Part shown: positions 48,508-49,540 of the stretch, piece by piece
Position numbering within the stretch: the first letter of the stretch is position 1
Layout of the letters: each line of letters starts with the position of its first letter
Assembly (NCBI GenBank): GCA_013166835.1
Contig: JABLTI010000010.1
Span: forward strand, 1-49,540
Origin: Promethearchaeati archaeon
Lineage (GTDB): Archaea; Asgardarchaeota; Heimdallarchaeia; JABLTI01
Direction of reading: 5' to 3'
DNA length: 49,540 nt
The notes under the pieces: model-generated
Database searches by the model: none
Told to the model about the DNA's origin: nothing
Seen by the model: the letters and a program-made list of their open reading frames with translations, nothing else
Program-made: the position numbers and the translations under genes

Positions 48508-49539
48508 TTATTCTACAACTTTTTCCGGGCAAACAATCTCATACTTGTCCTCAGAAAATTCTCCGGGTATTTTTGCTTTGATGAATGCCATATCAAAAAT
48601 TTCTTGGAAATCAATACTATAGTCTTCTTCTACTGCATATGATCTTAACCAAACATGGTCATCTAATTTTGGCATTACAATCTTATCTATGAGTTCTTCT
48701 TTGCGTGATTTATTTTTGTCAAATAATTCTCCAATTTTCTGATTAATTCTTCTGTATCCAAAGAAGAAGTTGCTTGCTAATGGTTGAGTCATTAATTCGC
48801 TTTTAATCTTCATTTTGAATTCTTTAAACTCATCTTCCTCAACAGGGTTAATTTGTTGTTGATTTGGAGGAACATACACAGTTGTATAAATTCTTGTGTT
48901 CCAATCCTCACTTATCCTTTCAAGGTCATAGACAATTTTTCTCTTTTTCCAGAAAAAGTATGGTCTTGTAGTCCCTCCATAGCGCCCATTCTCCAAATAA
49001 CTAGTTCCCATCCAATTTGATCTCTGATAGATATGATCGTGTCCACAGAAAACCATATCGACGCCATATTTTCTGAAAAGTGGGGTCAAAAAAGATTGTA
49101 CTTTCTCATCATTACCCCAATTAAATCCTCTACCCCAGAAACCCAGACTCATAATTGCTGAATGCAAGAATACAAAACAGAATTGCGGAACCTTCTCACC
49201 ATTATTCACGCTTTCGCGCCATTGTCTAAGATCATTTAGTAACCAATGCCATTGCTCTGAATTACATACTAGTTCATATTTTCCCCAACCTAAACCATTG
49301 CTATCTAGAAAAATCGCATGAACATTCCCTTGATCTATTGAGTACCAGTGTCCGGGTAGACAGCCATTTTTTGATACGGGATTTGTAATATATTTATGCC
49401 AATATCGGCAATCTTCTTCTAACCCACCTATCATGTTTCCTTTTCTCTTTCCTCCACAATAATAATCATGATTACCTATACTTGTAAGTAGAGGTACATG
49501 ATTCCATAAAACAGAACATCTTTTGAATAAATCTGCCCA
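48508..49539 (-). CDS. Metallophosphoesterase (purple acid phosphatase-like), 5' end outside the window
   Basis: The frame stays open to the window edge and contains 'TSIGNHDY' upstream of the listed ATG; also 'FLDSN', 'FLH', 'FCGHDHIYQRS'. Confidence 0.85.
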   Translation of the reverse strand, partial: WADLFKRCSVLWNHVPLLTSIGNHDYYCGGKRKGNMIGGLEEDCRYWHKYITNPVSKNGCLPGHWYSIDQGNVHAIFLDSNGLGWGKYELVCNSEQWHWLLNDLRQWRESVNNGEKVPQFCFVFLHSAIMSLGFWGRGFNWGNDEKVQSFLTPLFRKYGVDMVFCGHDHIYQRSNWMGTSYLENGRYGGTTRPYFFWKKRKIVYDLERISEDWNTRIYTTVYVPPNQQQINPVEEDEFKEFKMKIKSELMTQPLASNFFFGYRRINQKIGELFDKNKSRKEELIDKIVMPKLDDHVWLRSYAVEEDYSIDFQEIFDMAFIKAKIPGEFSEDKYEIVCPEKVVE

Positions 49540-49540
49540 G

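Overview
AT-rich, densely coded archaeal-type window with TATA-like boxes, GGTGA/AGGAG ribosome-binding motifs and T-tract terminators. Gene content suggests an Asgard archaeon, probably Heimdallarchaeia-like (inference from an Arf-like GTPase, a DENN/longin-like protein, a 7TM protein, LVIVD surface proteins and an Fae domain). It holds about 40 genes, mostly metabolic, transport and peptidase genes. I saw no rRNA, tRNA, CRISPR array or transposase. Main points of interest: (1) a three-gene cluster at 22541-24437 encoding a uDENN/AVL9-like longin protein, an Arf-family GTPase and a 7TM protein, a candidate proto-eukaryotic receptor/GEF/GTPase module; (2) a pair of dCache-HAMP membrane receptors at 507-4718, one with a cytoplasmic TPR+vWA(MIDAS) output and no kinase or cyclase, the other with no output domain, next to two PLP decarboxylases; (3) an unannotated locus at 24585-25122 with two similar ~30-aa basic peptides enclosed by a long-range inverted repeat and structured RNA; (4) a ~270-nt structured leader upstream of an NAD-dependent epimerase; (5) a DapA-Fae fusion with an apparent ~35-aa N-terminal deletion. 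All family assignments come from reading motifs by eye; no database searches were run.
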